Shown here piece by piece: positions 26,497 through 33,582 of a stretch of 64,000 nucleotides of DNA. The notes under the pieces were generated by a model, which saw only the letters and a list, made by a program, of their open reading frames with translations, ran no database searches and was not told the DNA's origin. The position numbers were made by a program, and so were the translations under genes. The stretch's first letter is position 1. Each line of letters opens with the position of its first letter. This DNA is from a virus: the IMG/VR virus record IMGVR_UViG_3300035181_001974, one strand, 5' to 3'.

Positions 26497-26588
26497 CGTG
26501 GTAGAACGGTTTATCACACCTGTCTCGAAGCTTAGCAGGAGGGTCCTCATGGGCCCAGAGGTTTGAATCCCTTCGCTTCCGCCAACTG
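26497..26588 (+). tRNA. class II tRNA, Ser-like (contains CTCGAAG, possible anticodon CGA), unresolved
   Basis: 3' strand CGCTTCC G CCA identical to Ser(GCT) at 32461; variable-arm hairpin TGGGCCCA; T-loop TTTGAAT. Confidence 0.3.
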
Positions 26589-26803
26589 TGTACACCCTCT
26601 GACGAGGGTGGTAAGGTAGCATTATGCAATTTTCCAAGCTTGTCAGGGTGGCAACTGTCGCAACACTTACGGCCGCAGCTGTTGCAGCGGTGGTCTTCAT
26701 CGTCAAGAAGGTCAAGGCAGCGTCCGAGAAATCTAACAGCTGAAGTTTGCGACCCTTCGGGTGATCGCAGGGTCCGCCGGACTCCCCAAAAAGTCCGGTC
26801 TAT

Positions 26804-26877
26804 GGTGGGCGTGGTATAGTGGTTCTGCACGTCAGGTTGTGGCCCTGAAGGTGGGGGTTCGAATCCCCTCGCTCACC
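26804..26877 (+). tRNA. tRNA-His(GTG)
   Basis: extra 5' G (G-1) pairing with discriminator C73, acceptor GTGGGCG/CGCTCAC, anticodon stem TCAGG/CCTGA, loop TTGTGGC, T-arm GGGGGTTCGAATCCCC. Confidence 0.5.
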
Positions 26878-27053
26878 CTGTGCAACTCGATCGAATATCG
26901 AAGTTGTCGATAAATAGATCGTGTTTCATTACGTCTACTGCATCGAAAATCTCGTTTAACGGAAAGGTCTACGTCGGGAAACACTCGTCTGATGATCTCG
27001 ATGATGGGTGCATGGGTAGTGGTAAGTTGCTAACACGTGCAATCGCCAAGTAT

Positions 27054-27125
27054 GGCCCCATCGACCAGTGGCTAAGTCGCCTGGCTTTCAACCAGGAGAA
27101 GCGGGATCGAAACCCGCTGGGGTCA
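27054..27125 (+). tRNA. tRNA-Glu(TTC)
   Basis: acceptor GGCCCCA/TGGGGTC, 3-bp D-stem GAC/GTC, anticodon stem CCTGG/CCAGG, loop CTTTCAA, T-arm GCGGGATCGAAACCCGC, CCA encoded. Confidence 0.55.
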
Positions 27126-27260
27126 CCAAGCATTAGTTACGTCGCCGTGGAGGAATTAGGCAGACGCGCTAGTCTCAGACCCTAGTTAGGGTAACTTCTC
27201 TAGGCAGGTCCGATCCCCTGTCATCGACACCAGAATTGACTCGAGAATATTCAACGTAAT

Positions 27261-27343
27261 GCCAGTGTGGTGGAACCAGGCAGACACAGCGGTCTCAAAA
27301 ACCGCCGCCCACAAGCGTGAGGGTTCGAATCCCTCCACTGGCA
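27261..27343 (+). tRNA. tRNA-Leu(CAA), class II
   Basis: perfect acceptor GCCAGTG/CACTGGC, D GTG GAACCAGGCAGA CAC, anticodon stem GCGGT/ACCGC, loop CTCAAAA, long variable arm, T-arm GAGGGTTCGAATCCCTC, CCA encoded. Confidence 0.55.
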
Positions 27344-27363
27344 CCAGAAACGTAAGTAACTCA

Positions 27364-27440
27364 TGAGACGTAGCTCAGTCTGGTAGAGCAGGTGGTGTCC
27401 AACTACTGGGTCGTCGGTTCGAATCCGATCGTGAAGGTGA
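27364..27440 (+). tRNA. tRNA-like gene with canonical D-arm but unpaired acceptor, unresolved
   Basis: TAGCTCAGTCTGGTAGAGCA D-arm, T-arm GTCGGTTCGAATCCGAT; no complementary acceptor strands found. Confidence 0.2.
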
Positions 27441-27548
27441 AGCGTTTCAACCTTTGAGGTGGGGACAGGTAACTGTCAACCAAGAGGAATGATCGTCCAC
27501 CCGCTTAGGGTGAACAAACCCGGTTTACGACTCACCTCACTAAATCAT

Positions 27549-27621
27549 GCGCCCGTAGCCTAGTGGATGAGGCACTTGTCTACGAAACAAGTTTACGTAG
27601 GTTCAAATCCTGCCGGGCGCG
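27549..27621 (+). tRNA. tRNA-Arg(ACG)
   Basis: perfect acceptor GCGCCCG/CGGGCGC, D GCC TAGTGGATGA GGC, anticodon stem CTTGT/ACAAG, loop CTACGAA, T-arm GTAGGTTCAAATCCTGC, CCA encoded. Confidence 0.65.
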
Positions 27622-27739
27622 CCAGCAAGTAACCACTGGCTCGGGTGAAACTCCCAGGATGGCAGCAAGTGCTGTTATCGGCGGTGTCCACCAGCACAGG
27701 TCATGGAGACCTGTGGGTGAACGCTTGGCTGAAGAAAAG

Positions 27740-27920
27740 TCTGATTAGATCGGGACTTAAGAAAATGAGTGTGAAGAGTGCGGATTCCCAGAATAGAGAG
27801 GAAACATCTCTGCGTTCATGTTGATCATGTGAACCGGAATCCACGGGATCACAGGCTTGAAAATTTTCGCATGCTGTGTCCCAATTGCCACAGTCAAACA
27901 CCTACCTACTGCGGTAGAAA
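27740..27920 (+). pseudogene. frameshifted remnant of an HNH (homing-type) endonuclease
   Basis: CEECG zinc-finger motif in one frame followed in a different frame by HVDHVNRNPRDHRLENFRMLCPNCH (HNH core); stops interrupt both frames. Confidence 0.4.
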
Positions 27921-27921
27921 T

Positions 27922-28001
27922 GCCAGAGTGGTGGAACGGCAGACACACTCCGTTTAGAGCGGAGCGCCAAAAGCGTGCGGGTTCAAATCCCGCCTCTGGT
28001 A
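27922..28001 (+). tRNA. tRNA-Leu(TAG), class II
   Basis: acceptor GCCAGAG/CTCTGGT, D GTG GAACGGCAGA CAC, anticodon stem CTCCG/CGGAG, loop TTTAGAG, variable arm, T-arm GCGGGTTCAAATCCCGC, CCA encoded. Confidence 0.55.
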
Positions 28002-28059
28002 CCAGAATGAAGAGATCTTCGTAGAAGTAACCACTCGAGTTGGGTTGGCGCGTGATGCC

Positions 28060-28150
28060 CACCCCCTGTAGGTGAGCGCAGGTTGGCCTCCCAATGGCTC
28101 AGCGGCAACAGCACCCATCTCATACGTGGGGAATCGTGGATTCGAGTCCC
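28060..28150 (+). tRNA. tRNA-like element, unresolved
   Basis: T-arm-like CGTGGATTCGAGTCCCA; acceptor not resolved; preceded by AGTAACCA motif. Confidence 0.2.
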
Positions 28151-28246
28151 ATCTCAACAGGAACCATCATGACAGACTGATCTCTCTTCAACGTCCAGGC
28201 TCTACGTGAGGGTCAGACGGTCAAGTTTCGCCCACACGGGAACAGT

Positions 28247-28480
28247 ATGGTCCCGCGGATCTGCAGCGGGCAGCTGGTCACGGTCGCCCCTGTCACGGAC
28301 GAAACGTTGGTCGAGGTTGACGACGTTGTCCTGTGCAAGGTCAACGGCATCCAGATGCTTCACAAGGTGTCAGCTATCGGCAGCGATGGTCGCTACCAGA
28401 TCAGCAACAATCACGGCCACATCAACGGTTGGTGCACGAGGAAGACCGTCTTCGGCATCCTCGTTGCCGTGGAGGACTAA
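28247..28480 (+). CDS. hypothetical small protein upstream of prfB
   Basis: 77-aa ORF. Confidence 0.4.
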   Translation: MVPRICSGQLVTVAPVTDETLVEVDDVVLCKVNGIQMLHKVSAIGSDGRYQISNNHGHINGWCTRKTVFGILVAVED

Positions 28481-28481
28481 C

Positions 28482-29151
28482 ATGGAAACTGTCATCATCG
28501 AGATCAGGGCCGCCGAGGGCGGCGAGGACGCAAGACTTCTCGTTCAGGAGCAGCTCCGGGCATACGCCAACGCGGCGGCCCGGAGGGGTCTTTGAGGCGA
28601 CTGTAATCGATGATCGACCAGGGATGGTGATGCTCTCTGTCTCCGGCCCAGGAACCCTGCAGACCTTTGCAAATGAAGGCGGCGGGCACAGGTGGCAGCG
28701 CGTTCCACCGACAGAAAAGCGTGGTCGTGTGCAAACGTCGACAGTGACGGTCGCGGTCTTAAACCCAGACACCGTCATCGGCCAGGCACTAGACCCCCGT
28801 GATGTGGAAATCACCACTGCCCGAGGCTCGGGTCCGGGCGGCCAAAATCGCAACAAGACAGAGTCGTGCGTCATCGCGGTCCACAAGCCCACCGGCTTTC
28901 AGGTTCGCATTGACAACGAGCGCTCGCAGCACCAGAACCGGGCGATGGCCTTCAAGGTCTTGGCCGCTCGCCTCTACGAGGCTGAGTCTGAACGGCTCTA
29001 CCGCGAGCGCTCCAACGAGCGCAAGCAACAGGTGGGCTCAGGTCAGCGCGGCGACAAGGTACGAACCTACCGGACACAGGACGACCTGGTCACTGACCAT
29101 AGGACAGGTCAGAAGTACAACCTGTCGAAGTGGCTCAAGGGTGACTGGTGA
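28482..29151 (+). CDS. prfB: peptide chain release factor 2 (prfB) with +1 programmed ribosomal frameshift; coding as join(28482..28592,28594..29151)
   Basis: N-terminal METVIIEIRAAEGGEDARL (PCRF) ending at in-frame TGA inside GGAGGGG-T-CTT-TGA-G (SD-like + CUU UGA shift site); +1 frame continues FEATVIDDR..., universal GGQ motif in RGSGPGGQNRNKTESC, RSQHQNR. Confidence 0.85.
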
Positions 29152-29192
29152 ACAGTTGCCGTTCCCTTTGATAGGGTGAGGCGGAGGCCAAA

Positions 29193-29654
29193 GTGTCAGC
29201 AAAGATCGACAGGTTCATCAATGAGTTCGCGTTCTTGTCGAACTTTCATCCATCCACCATCATCGTCGACGGCCGGCATTATGCCACGGTTGAGCATGCC
29301 TATCAGGCTGCCAAGACCCTAGACGAGACGCAACGTGAGATGGTGCGCAAGTCGAAGACGGCGGCCGAGGCCAAGAAGCTCGGCCGCTCTGTCACCCTCC
29401 GCGAGGATTGGGACCAGGTCAAGGTCGACTTGATGCGAAAGTTCGTCAAGGCCAAGTTCGAGAACCCGCTGCTCCGCGAGATGTTGCTGGCGACTGAGGA
29501 TGCTGAGCTCATCGAGGGCAACCACTGGAACGATAAGTTTTGGGGCGTTTGTCGCGGGCAGGGACAGAATTGGTTGGGTCGTATCTTGCAGGAGGTTCGT
29601 GATGAAATCAGGGCCGAAGTTGATGCAGAGTCAGCCCTCGATGACATTCCCTGA
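29193..29654 (+). CDS. NADAR (YbiA/DUF1768) family protein
   Basis: GTG start with GGAGG RBS; FLSNFHPS..HYATVEHAYQAAK..NHWNDKFWGV, a strong YbiA/NADAR signature. Confidence 0.75.
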   Translation: MSAKIDRFINEFAFLSNFHPSTIIVDGRHYATVEHAYQAAKTLDETQREMVRKSKTAAEAKKLGRSVTLREDWDQVKVDLMRKFVKAKFENPLLREMLLATEDAELIEGNHWNDKFWGVCRGQGQNWLGRILQEVRDEIRAEVDAESALDDIP

Positions 29655-30053
29655 CGCCTCGGGTCGCCTGTCACCAAAATACAGGTCACCGCCGAAGAGG
29701 ACCAACACGGGTGGCTACCGCGTCAAGCTCTTTCACGGGCTCGACCAGATTGGTTACGTCAATGTCTGTGAGTCGTTCGTTCGTGCGGCGAAGCGTAATG
29801 TCAAGGTCCTTGAGACGCACTCATTGCTGAAAAAGAATACCGTGGTCGCGGTCTCGGCATCGCCATGTGCGCGGCTGCCATCAAGTATGCCCTCGACAGA
29901 GGCAAGACGATCACCTCGTCATACTCGCCCAGCGCCTTCGCACAGCGCGTGTGGCGTTCCAAGCGATTGTCAGCGATGTTCTTTGTCACGAAGTTTGCGC
30001 GGAGGTGGTGGGTCTCGCTCTCGCGAGCTGTGAACGAAGCGACAGGAGGGTGA
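29641..30053 (+). CDS. GNAT N-acetyltransferase, reading frame split by -1 at an A5G run (29829-29835): programmed slippage, indel or pseudogene
   Basis: frame 1 29641..~29835 (MTFPDAS...KVLETHSLLKK); frame -1 continues EYRGRGLGIAMCAAAIKYALDRGK...SPSAFAQRVW (GNAT motif A/B) to TGA at 30053. Confidence 0.45.
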
Positions 30054-30207
30054 TAGAGTATTCAAGGTGTAGCGATGAAATTCGAAGACGTAAAGAGGGC
30101 AAGTTGGTACGTCCTGGTAGCGACCGGGTACGCGCTTGTGGCCCTCATTCTGGCTACTGCTGCGTTGGGTCTCTATGGCCTCGTGCAGTTATTCTTCAAG
30201 TGATACA

Positions 30208-30290
30208 CGCGGTCGTGGCGGAATGGCAGACGCGCTGGTTTCAGGTACCAGTGGGGCAATACCTGTGTGGGTTCAAGTCCCACCGACCGT
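30208..30290 (+). tRNA. tRNA-Leu(CAG), class II
   Basis: acceptor GCGGTCG/CGACCGT, D GCG GAATGGCAGA CGC, anticodon stem CTGGT/ACCAG, loop TTCAGGT, variable arm, T-arm TGGGTTCAAGTCCCA, CCA encoded. Confidence 0.55.
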
Positions 30291-30315
30291 ACCAATCAAC
30301 GGTAACCTACAGCCA

Positions 30316-30388
30316 GTTAGACATCGAGTGGAGCAATGGTAGCTTACCTGACTTGTACTCAGGGGGTTGCAGGTTCGATTCCTGCCTC
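30316..30388 (+). tRNA. tRNA-like, anticodon loop CTTGTAC (TGT), weak acceptor
   Basis: D GAGC AATGGTA GCTT, anticodon stem CCTGA/TCAGG, T-arm GCAGGTTCGATTCCTGC; acceptor 5/7. Confidence 0.3.
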
Positions 30389-30429
30389 GAATGAAGGTGA
30401 AGTTGATTGAACAGTGACGTGCGCACAAT

Positions 30430-30505
30430 TAGTAACCATCGATGGTGTATGGGTTAACACACCGGGCTCGTGATCCGGGGCAGCAGGTTCGAATCCTGCA
30501 TCAGG
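30430..30505 (+). tRNA. tRNA-like, anticodon loop CTCGTGA (CGT), acceptor unpaired
   Basis: D GTGT ATGGGTTA ACAC, anticodon stem CCGGG/TCCGG, T-arm GCAGGTTCGAATCCTGC. Confidence 0.25.
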
Positions 30506-30574
30506 TGAAGCACGTTTGACACGAGAAAGATCGCATGACTTCCACCAAAGGAGGCTATCACGTTAGCAAGAATT

Positions 30575-30648
30575 TCTCCCCGTAGCTCAGCGGATCAGAG
30601 CGCGTGTCTCCGAAGCACGAGGTCGTGGGTTCAAATCCCACCGGGGAG
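30575..30648 (+). tRNA. tRNA-Arg(CCG)
   Basis: perfect acceptor CTCCCCG/CGGGGAG, D GCTC AGCGGATCA GAGC, anticodon stem CGTGT/GCACG, loop CTCCGAA, T-arm GTGGGTTCAAATCCCAC, CCA encoded. Confidence 0.6.
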
Positions 30649-30656
30649 GCCAACTA

Positions 30657-30733
30657 TGCCGCTGTATCCCCTCGGTTTCCTAAACCGTTGAAAGGGTAGC
30701 TGGATGCACGTGGGTTCGAATCCCTCCAGCGGT
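30657..30733 (+). tRNA. atypical tRNA-Arg(CCT)-like: no D-arm at normal position, 22-nt region after anticodon arm
   Basis: acceptor GCCGCTG/CAGCGGT + GCCA, anticodon hairpin CGGT TTCCTAA ACCG, segment TTGAAAGGGTAGCTGGATGCAC, T-arm GTGGGTTCGAATCCCTC. Confidence 0.35.
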
Positions 30734-30743
30734 GCCACCATCA

Positions 30744-30818
30744 CGCCCCCGTATGCCGCGTGCCTTCGAAGCACGAGAAAGCTAACGGACACATGCAGGT
30801 TCGAATCCTGTCGGGGGT
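30744..30818 (+). tRNA. atypical tRNA-Arg(TCG)-like: 5 nt between position 9 and anticodon stem, 18-nt post-anticodon region
   Basis: acceptor GCCCCCG/CGGGGGT + GCCA, anticodon arm CGTGC CTTCGAA GCACG (near-identical to Arg(CCG) at 30575), segment AGAAAGCTAACGGACAC, T-arm GCAGGTTCGAATCCTGT. Confidence 0.35.
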
Positions 30819-30825
30819 GCCATCA

Positions 30826-30902
30826 TGCCCCTGTATCGACTCTGCCTTCTAAGCAGGTGAAATCGTAATTGGACACATGCGAGTTCGACTCTCGCCAGGG
30901 GT
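30826..30902 (+). tRNA. atypical tRNA-Arg(TCT)-like, same architecture
   Basis: acceptor GCCCCTG/CAGGGGT + GCCA, anticodon arm TCTGC CTTCTAA GCAGG, segment TGAAATCGTAATTGGACAC, T-arm GCGAGTTCGACTCTCGC. Confidence 0.35.
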
Positions 30903-31065
30903 GCCAGTGTAACTCGAGCGGTCGGTATGGTATCTTGAATCAAGAGGCCACGCATGGCGAAGGCAAAAGCGATTTCCGGTCGTCTCCTAAGAATGGAACG
31001 AGTTTGAACGAGGTTGGAGCTGTCGCCCTGACGGGGCCACGCTTCACCTGACCGAGGCAGACCAC

Positions 31066-31257
31066 GTGGCATTCGAGAAGGACTATTGGGCCAAGATGCT
31101 CAAGGAGGTCCTAGATGAGTATAACCGACCCAGCGGCAGCCCCAAGATCATCGATGTTGATTCGGACATGTACAATCGCATCAAAGAGAGCCACAATGGC
31201 ATCTGGTTCCGGCAGATGGACTACTCGAAGCTCCTTCGGGAGATGAGGGCCATGTGA
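31066..31257 (+). CDS. hypothetical protein
   Basis: 63-aa ORF, GTG start. Confidence 0.3.
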   Translation: MAFEKDYWAKMLKEVLDEYNRPSGSPKIIDVDSDMYNRIKESHNGIWFRQMDYSKLLREMRAM

Positions 31258-31442
31258 AGAAGCTAATCGTCACGGTGATTGCGATTGCGACCCTCGCTGT
31301 CGCTGGTTGCTACACGGAATGGGACATTCCCAAGGTGCGACGCCGCGATCCTTGCACTCGTCTTCTCGAAGAAGGTTATGTCTACGTCAACCCCACGTGT
31401 CGCTATCCAGCGCCACCTCCACATCCAAAGTCACCTGACTGA
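31254..31442 (+). CDS. small lipoprotein
   Basis: MKKLIVTVIAIATLAVAGC signal with lipobox; ATGTGA overlap with upstream ORF. Confidence 0.4.
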   Translation: MKKLIVTVIAIATLAVAGCYTEWDIPKVRRRDPCTRLLEEGYVYVNPTCRYPAPPPHPKSPD

Positions 31443-31460
31443 AGAAGGAAACGGAATCAC

Positions 31461-31790
31461 ATGAACCTGAAGGCTACCAAGAAGCTCAACAACGTCCGTA
31501 AGTTCACCGGCGGCGGCCCGCGGCCCGATCTGCGCAAGCTGCGTCAAAAAGAGGCGAAGGAACGCCTCACGGTGTGGCAGAAGCTGTCGCCTCGGGAACA
31601 GCTCGCCAGCCTCGACGGCCGGCTTGGCAAGGGTGTTGGTGCCCAGAAGCAGCGCGCCCGGATCGCGGTGGCTCTCGCAGAGTCCAAGCCGTTGACCGGC
31701 ATTGGCAAGCGAACTGCGCCCGCTGAGCAGGTGAAGCAGAAGGCGAAGGAACGTCGCGCACAAGAAAAGGCGGAGCGCCCCAGCAAGTGA
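31461..31790 (+). CDS. Lys/Arg-rich basic protein
   Basis: 109-aa highly basic ORF (KKLNNVRKF, KQKAKERRAQEKAERPSK). Confidence 0.4.
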   Translation: MNLKATKKLNNVRKFTGGGPRPDLRKLRQKEAKERLTVWQKLSPREQLASLDGRLGKGVGAQKQRARIAVALAESKPLTGIGKRTAPAEQVKQKAKERRAQEKAERPSK

Positions 31791-31948
31791 ACTGAACCTC
31801 GAACTTCCGATACTTATCAAGGCCGGTTATGCGCCCGCAAGACCTATCAACTCCCAAGACGCGCAAGCGTCCGAGATTCGGCGAAGAGCCGAGGGGGAAG
31901 CCCGTGCCGAAAGGCACGAGACCGATCCTTGACAAGCCGGAGGACACC

Positions 31949-32335
31949 ATGAGTGACGTGAAGCAGGTCATCGTCGTACGAAAGGACCTGAACATGAAAA
32001 AGGGCAAATTGGCCGCCCAGGTCGCCCATGCTTCGATGAAGTTTCTCGTTGACAACAACGAAGCGCAACGTGGAGACGAGGTCGTCATCAAGCTGACACC
32101 CGCAGAGGCCACATGGTTGTCGGGTTCCTTCACCAAGATCGTGGTGGGTGTGGATTCGGAAGATGCCTTGAAGGACCTCATCTTCAAGGCAGAAATTGAG
32201 GACGTCGAGGTGCATCCCATCATCGACGCCGGAAGGACAGAGTTCAATGGAGTTCCGACATTGACTTGTGCAGCCTTCGGACCATGCGAGGGTGCGCTGC
32301 TCGACAGGATCACAGGTAACCTGAAGTTGATTTGA
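31949..32335 (+). CDS. peptidyl-tRNA hydrolase, PTH2 family
   Basis: KQVIVVRKDLNMKKGKLAAQVAHASMKF and IDAGRTEFNGVPTLTCAAFGP match the PTH2 signature; RBS GGAGG. Confidence 0.7.
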   Translation: MSDVKQVIVVRKDLNMKKGKLAAQVAHASMKFLVDNNEAQRGDEVVIKLTPAEATWLSGSFTKIVVGVDSEDALKDLIFKAEIEDVEVHPIIDAGRTEFNGVPTLTCAAFGPCEGALLDRITGNLKLI

Positions 32336-32364
32336 GGCGAGCGGGGGTGCTATCCCCCGCAATC

Positions 32365-32447
32365 GGAGCATAGTTCAGCGGTAGAATGCCTGGTTTACAC
32401 CCAGGAGGCCCATAGGGTTCACGGGGGTTCGAATCCCTCTGCTCCGA
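32365..32447 (+). tRNA. tRNA-Val(TAC)-like with long variable region
   Basis: acceptor CGGAGCA/TGCTCCG, D GTTC AGCGGTA GAAT, anticodon stem CCTGG/CCAGG, loop TTTACAC, T-arm GGGGGTTCGAATCCCTC. Confidence 0.4.
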
Positions 32448-32460
32448 CCCGAACGAACTT

Positions 32461-32547
32461 GGAAGCGTGCGAGAGTGGTTTATTCGACCGGTTTGCTAAA
32501 CCGGAGGGTTTGAAAGGGCCTCGGGGGTTCGAATCCCCCCGCTTCCG
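32461..32547 (+). tRNA. tRNA-Ser(GCT), class II
   Basis: perfect acceptor GGAAGCG/CGCTTCC, anticodon stem CCGGT/ACCGG, loop TTGCTAA, long variable arm, T-arm GGGGGTTCGAATCCCCC, CCA encoded. Confidence 0.55.
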
Positions 32548-32552
32548 CCATC

Positions 32553-32804
32553 ATGCAGACGATTTGTCCCAACTGCCGTCATGAGGTCATTGCCAACTCG
32601 GCACCCGTGCGTGGGCTAAGCAATGACGGGACCGAGATTTGGCTGTGCCTCAAATGCCCAGTCATTGTCTGCGGAAATCCCATCGATCTCGGGAATGGTA
32701 ACAGCGTTCCTTGCTATGCAAGCCACCTCGAGAAGGCCCATCCAGAAGTCTATGGCCTCAAACCTGGGCCCACGAAAGGTGGCAAGAAAAATAAGAAAAA
32801 GTAG
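32553..32804 (+). CDS. small zinc-ribbon protein (paralog 1); ends at TAG
   Basis: CPNCRH...CLKCPVIVC...basic tail GGKKNKKK. Confidence 0.45.
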   Translation: MQTICPNCRHEVIANSAPVRGLSNDGTEIWLCLKCPVIVCGNPIDLGNGNSVPCYASHLEKAHPEVYGLKPGPTKGGKKNKKK

Positions 32805-32818
32805 AGTGTGGTATATTG

Positions 32819-32899
32819 GAGGATTGGTAGAGTGGTTTATTCGACCGGTTTGCTAGACCGAAGGGTCTGCAAGGATCATGGGTTCAAATCCCCGCTTCC
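32819..32899 (+). tRNA. degenerate second copy of tRNA-Ser(GCT) (possible pseudo-tRNA)
   Basis: anticodon arm CCGGT TTGCTAG ACCGA, 3' strand CGCTTCCGCC retained, 5' acceptor strand diverged (GGAGGAT). Confidence 0.3.
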
Positions 32900-32904
32900 G
32901 CCGG

Positions 32905-33105
32905 ATGATCATTCCCTGTCCAAGCTGTAGTTCGAAGGTTGAATTAAAGAGAGTGCGTCCGTCCGCTGGCACGCCTCTGACACGTCAGAAGTGTGGATCT
33001 GCATCAAGTGTGCAGTGATCGTCTGCATCGATTGTTACCACGAACACTCACGAAAAAAGCACCCGGAGACGGTGAACGAAATCAAGAAGCCGAAGAAGAA
33101 GTGAC
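32905..33105 (+). pseudogene. zinc-ribbon protein paralog 2, needs a -1 frame change near 32975 to align with paralog 1
   Basis: MIIPCPSCSSKVELKRVRPSAGTP in one frame, SDTSEVWICIKCAVIVCIDCYHEHSRKKHPETVNEIKKPKKK in the -1 frame. Confidence 0.35.
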
Positions 33106-33107
33106 TT

Positions 33108-33194
33108 GGAAGGTTTGGGCATTGGCAGGCCCATCGGTCTTGAAAACCGACATAGGTGATGAGCCTATTGCGAGTTCGACTCTCGCACCTTCCG
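33108..33194 (+). tRNA. tRNA-Ser(TGA), class II
   Basis: acceptor GGAAGGT/ACCTTCC, anticodon stem TCGGT/ACCGA, loop CTTGAAA, long variable arm, T-arm GCGAGTTCGACTCTCGC. Confidence 0.5.
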
Positions 33195-33244
33195 CAAGTT
33201 AGAACAGGCGCTTTACACCATTTACATGCAAAGCATGATTCTAA

Positions 33245-33472
33245 ATGCCTCAATGTGATTATGGATGTGGCAACGAAGGAGTGAAATTCTTCATAAGCAC
33301 AAAACGCTGGTGTTGCAACACTAGTGTCAATGCATGTCCCGCTAAGAAAGAACGAGATGCTTCACATAAACGAGGCAAGAATCCCCTTGAGGGTCGTGAA
33401 CATCCACGCGGAATCTTAGGAAAGAAAAGTTGGAGTCACGGGCAGACAACTTCTCCCGAAGTGCGCGAGTAA
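33245..33472 (+). CDS. Cys-rich hypothetical protein inside a low-GC insert
   Basis: 75-aa ORF CDYGCGNEG...WCCNTSVNAC in a visibly AT-richer about 450-bp segment. Confidence 0.25.
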   Translation: MPQCDYGCGNEGVKFFISTKRWCCNTSVNACPAKKERDASHKRGKNPLEGREHPRGILGKKSWSHGQTTSPEVRE

Positions 33473-33582
33473 ATTAGGATAGCACTCACGAATAATCTTA
33501 ATTGTCGTGGCATAGCCTCCTCTCCTGAAAAGGATGTCGTTCGACGACAACGTATTCGTGAAGCAGCTAAACGTGACGGAAA

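Noticed and set aside
28333-28595. Track ORFs 28333..29151 (272 aa) and 28206..28595 as separate genes
   Set aside because: They are the two frames of a single prfB gene joined by the canonical +1 frameshift. The N-terminal part of the 272-aa translation is out-of-frame read-through of the real 5' exon.
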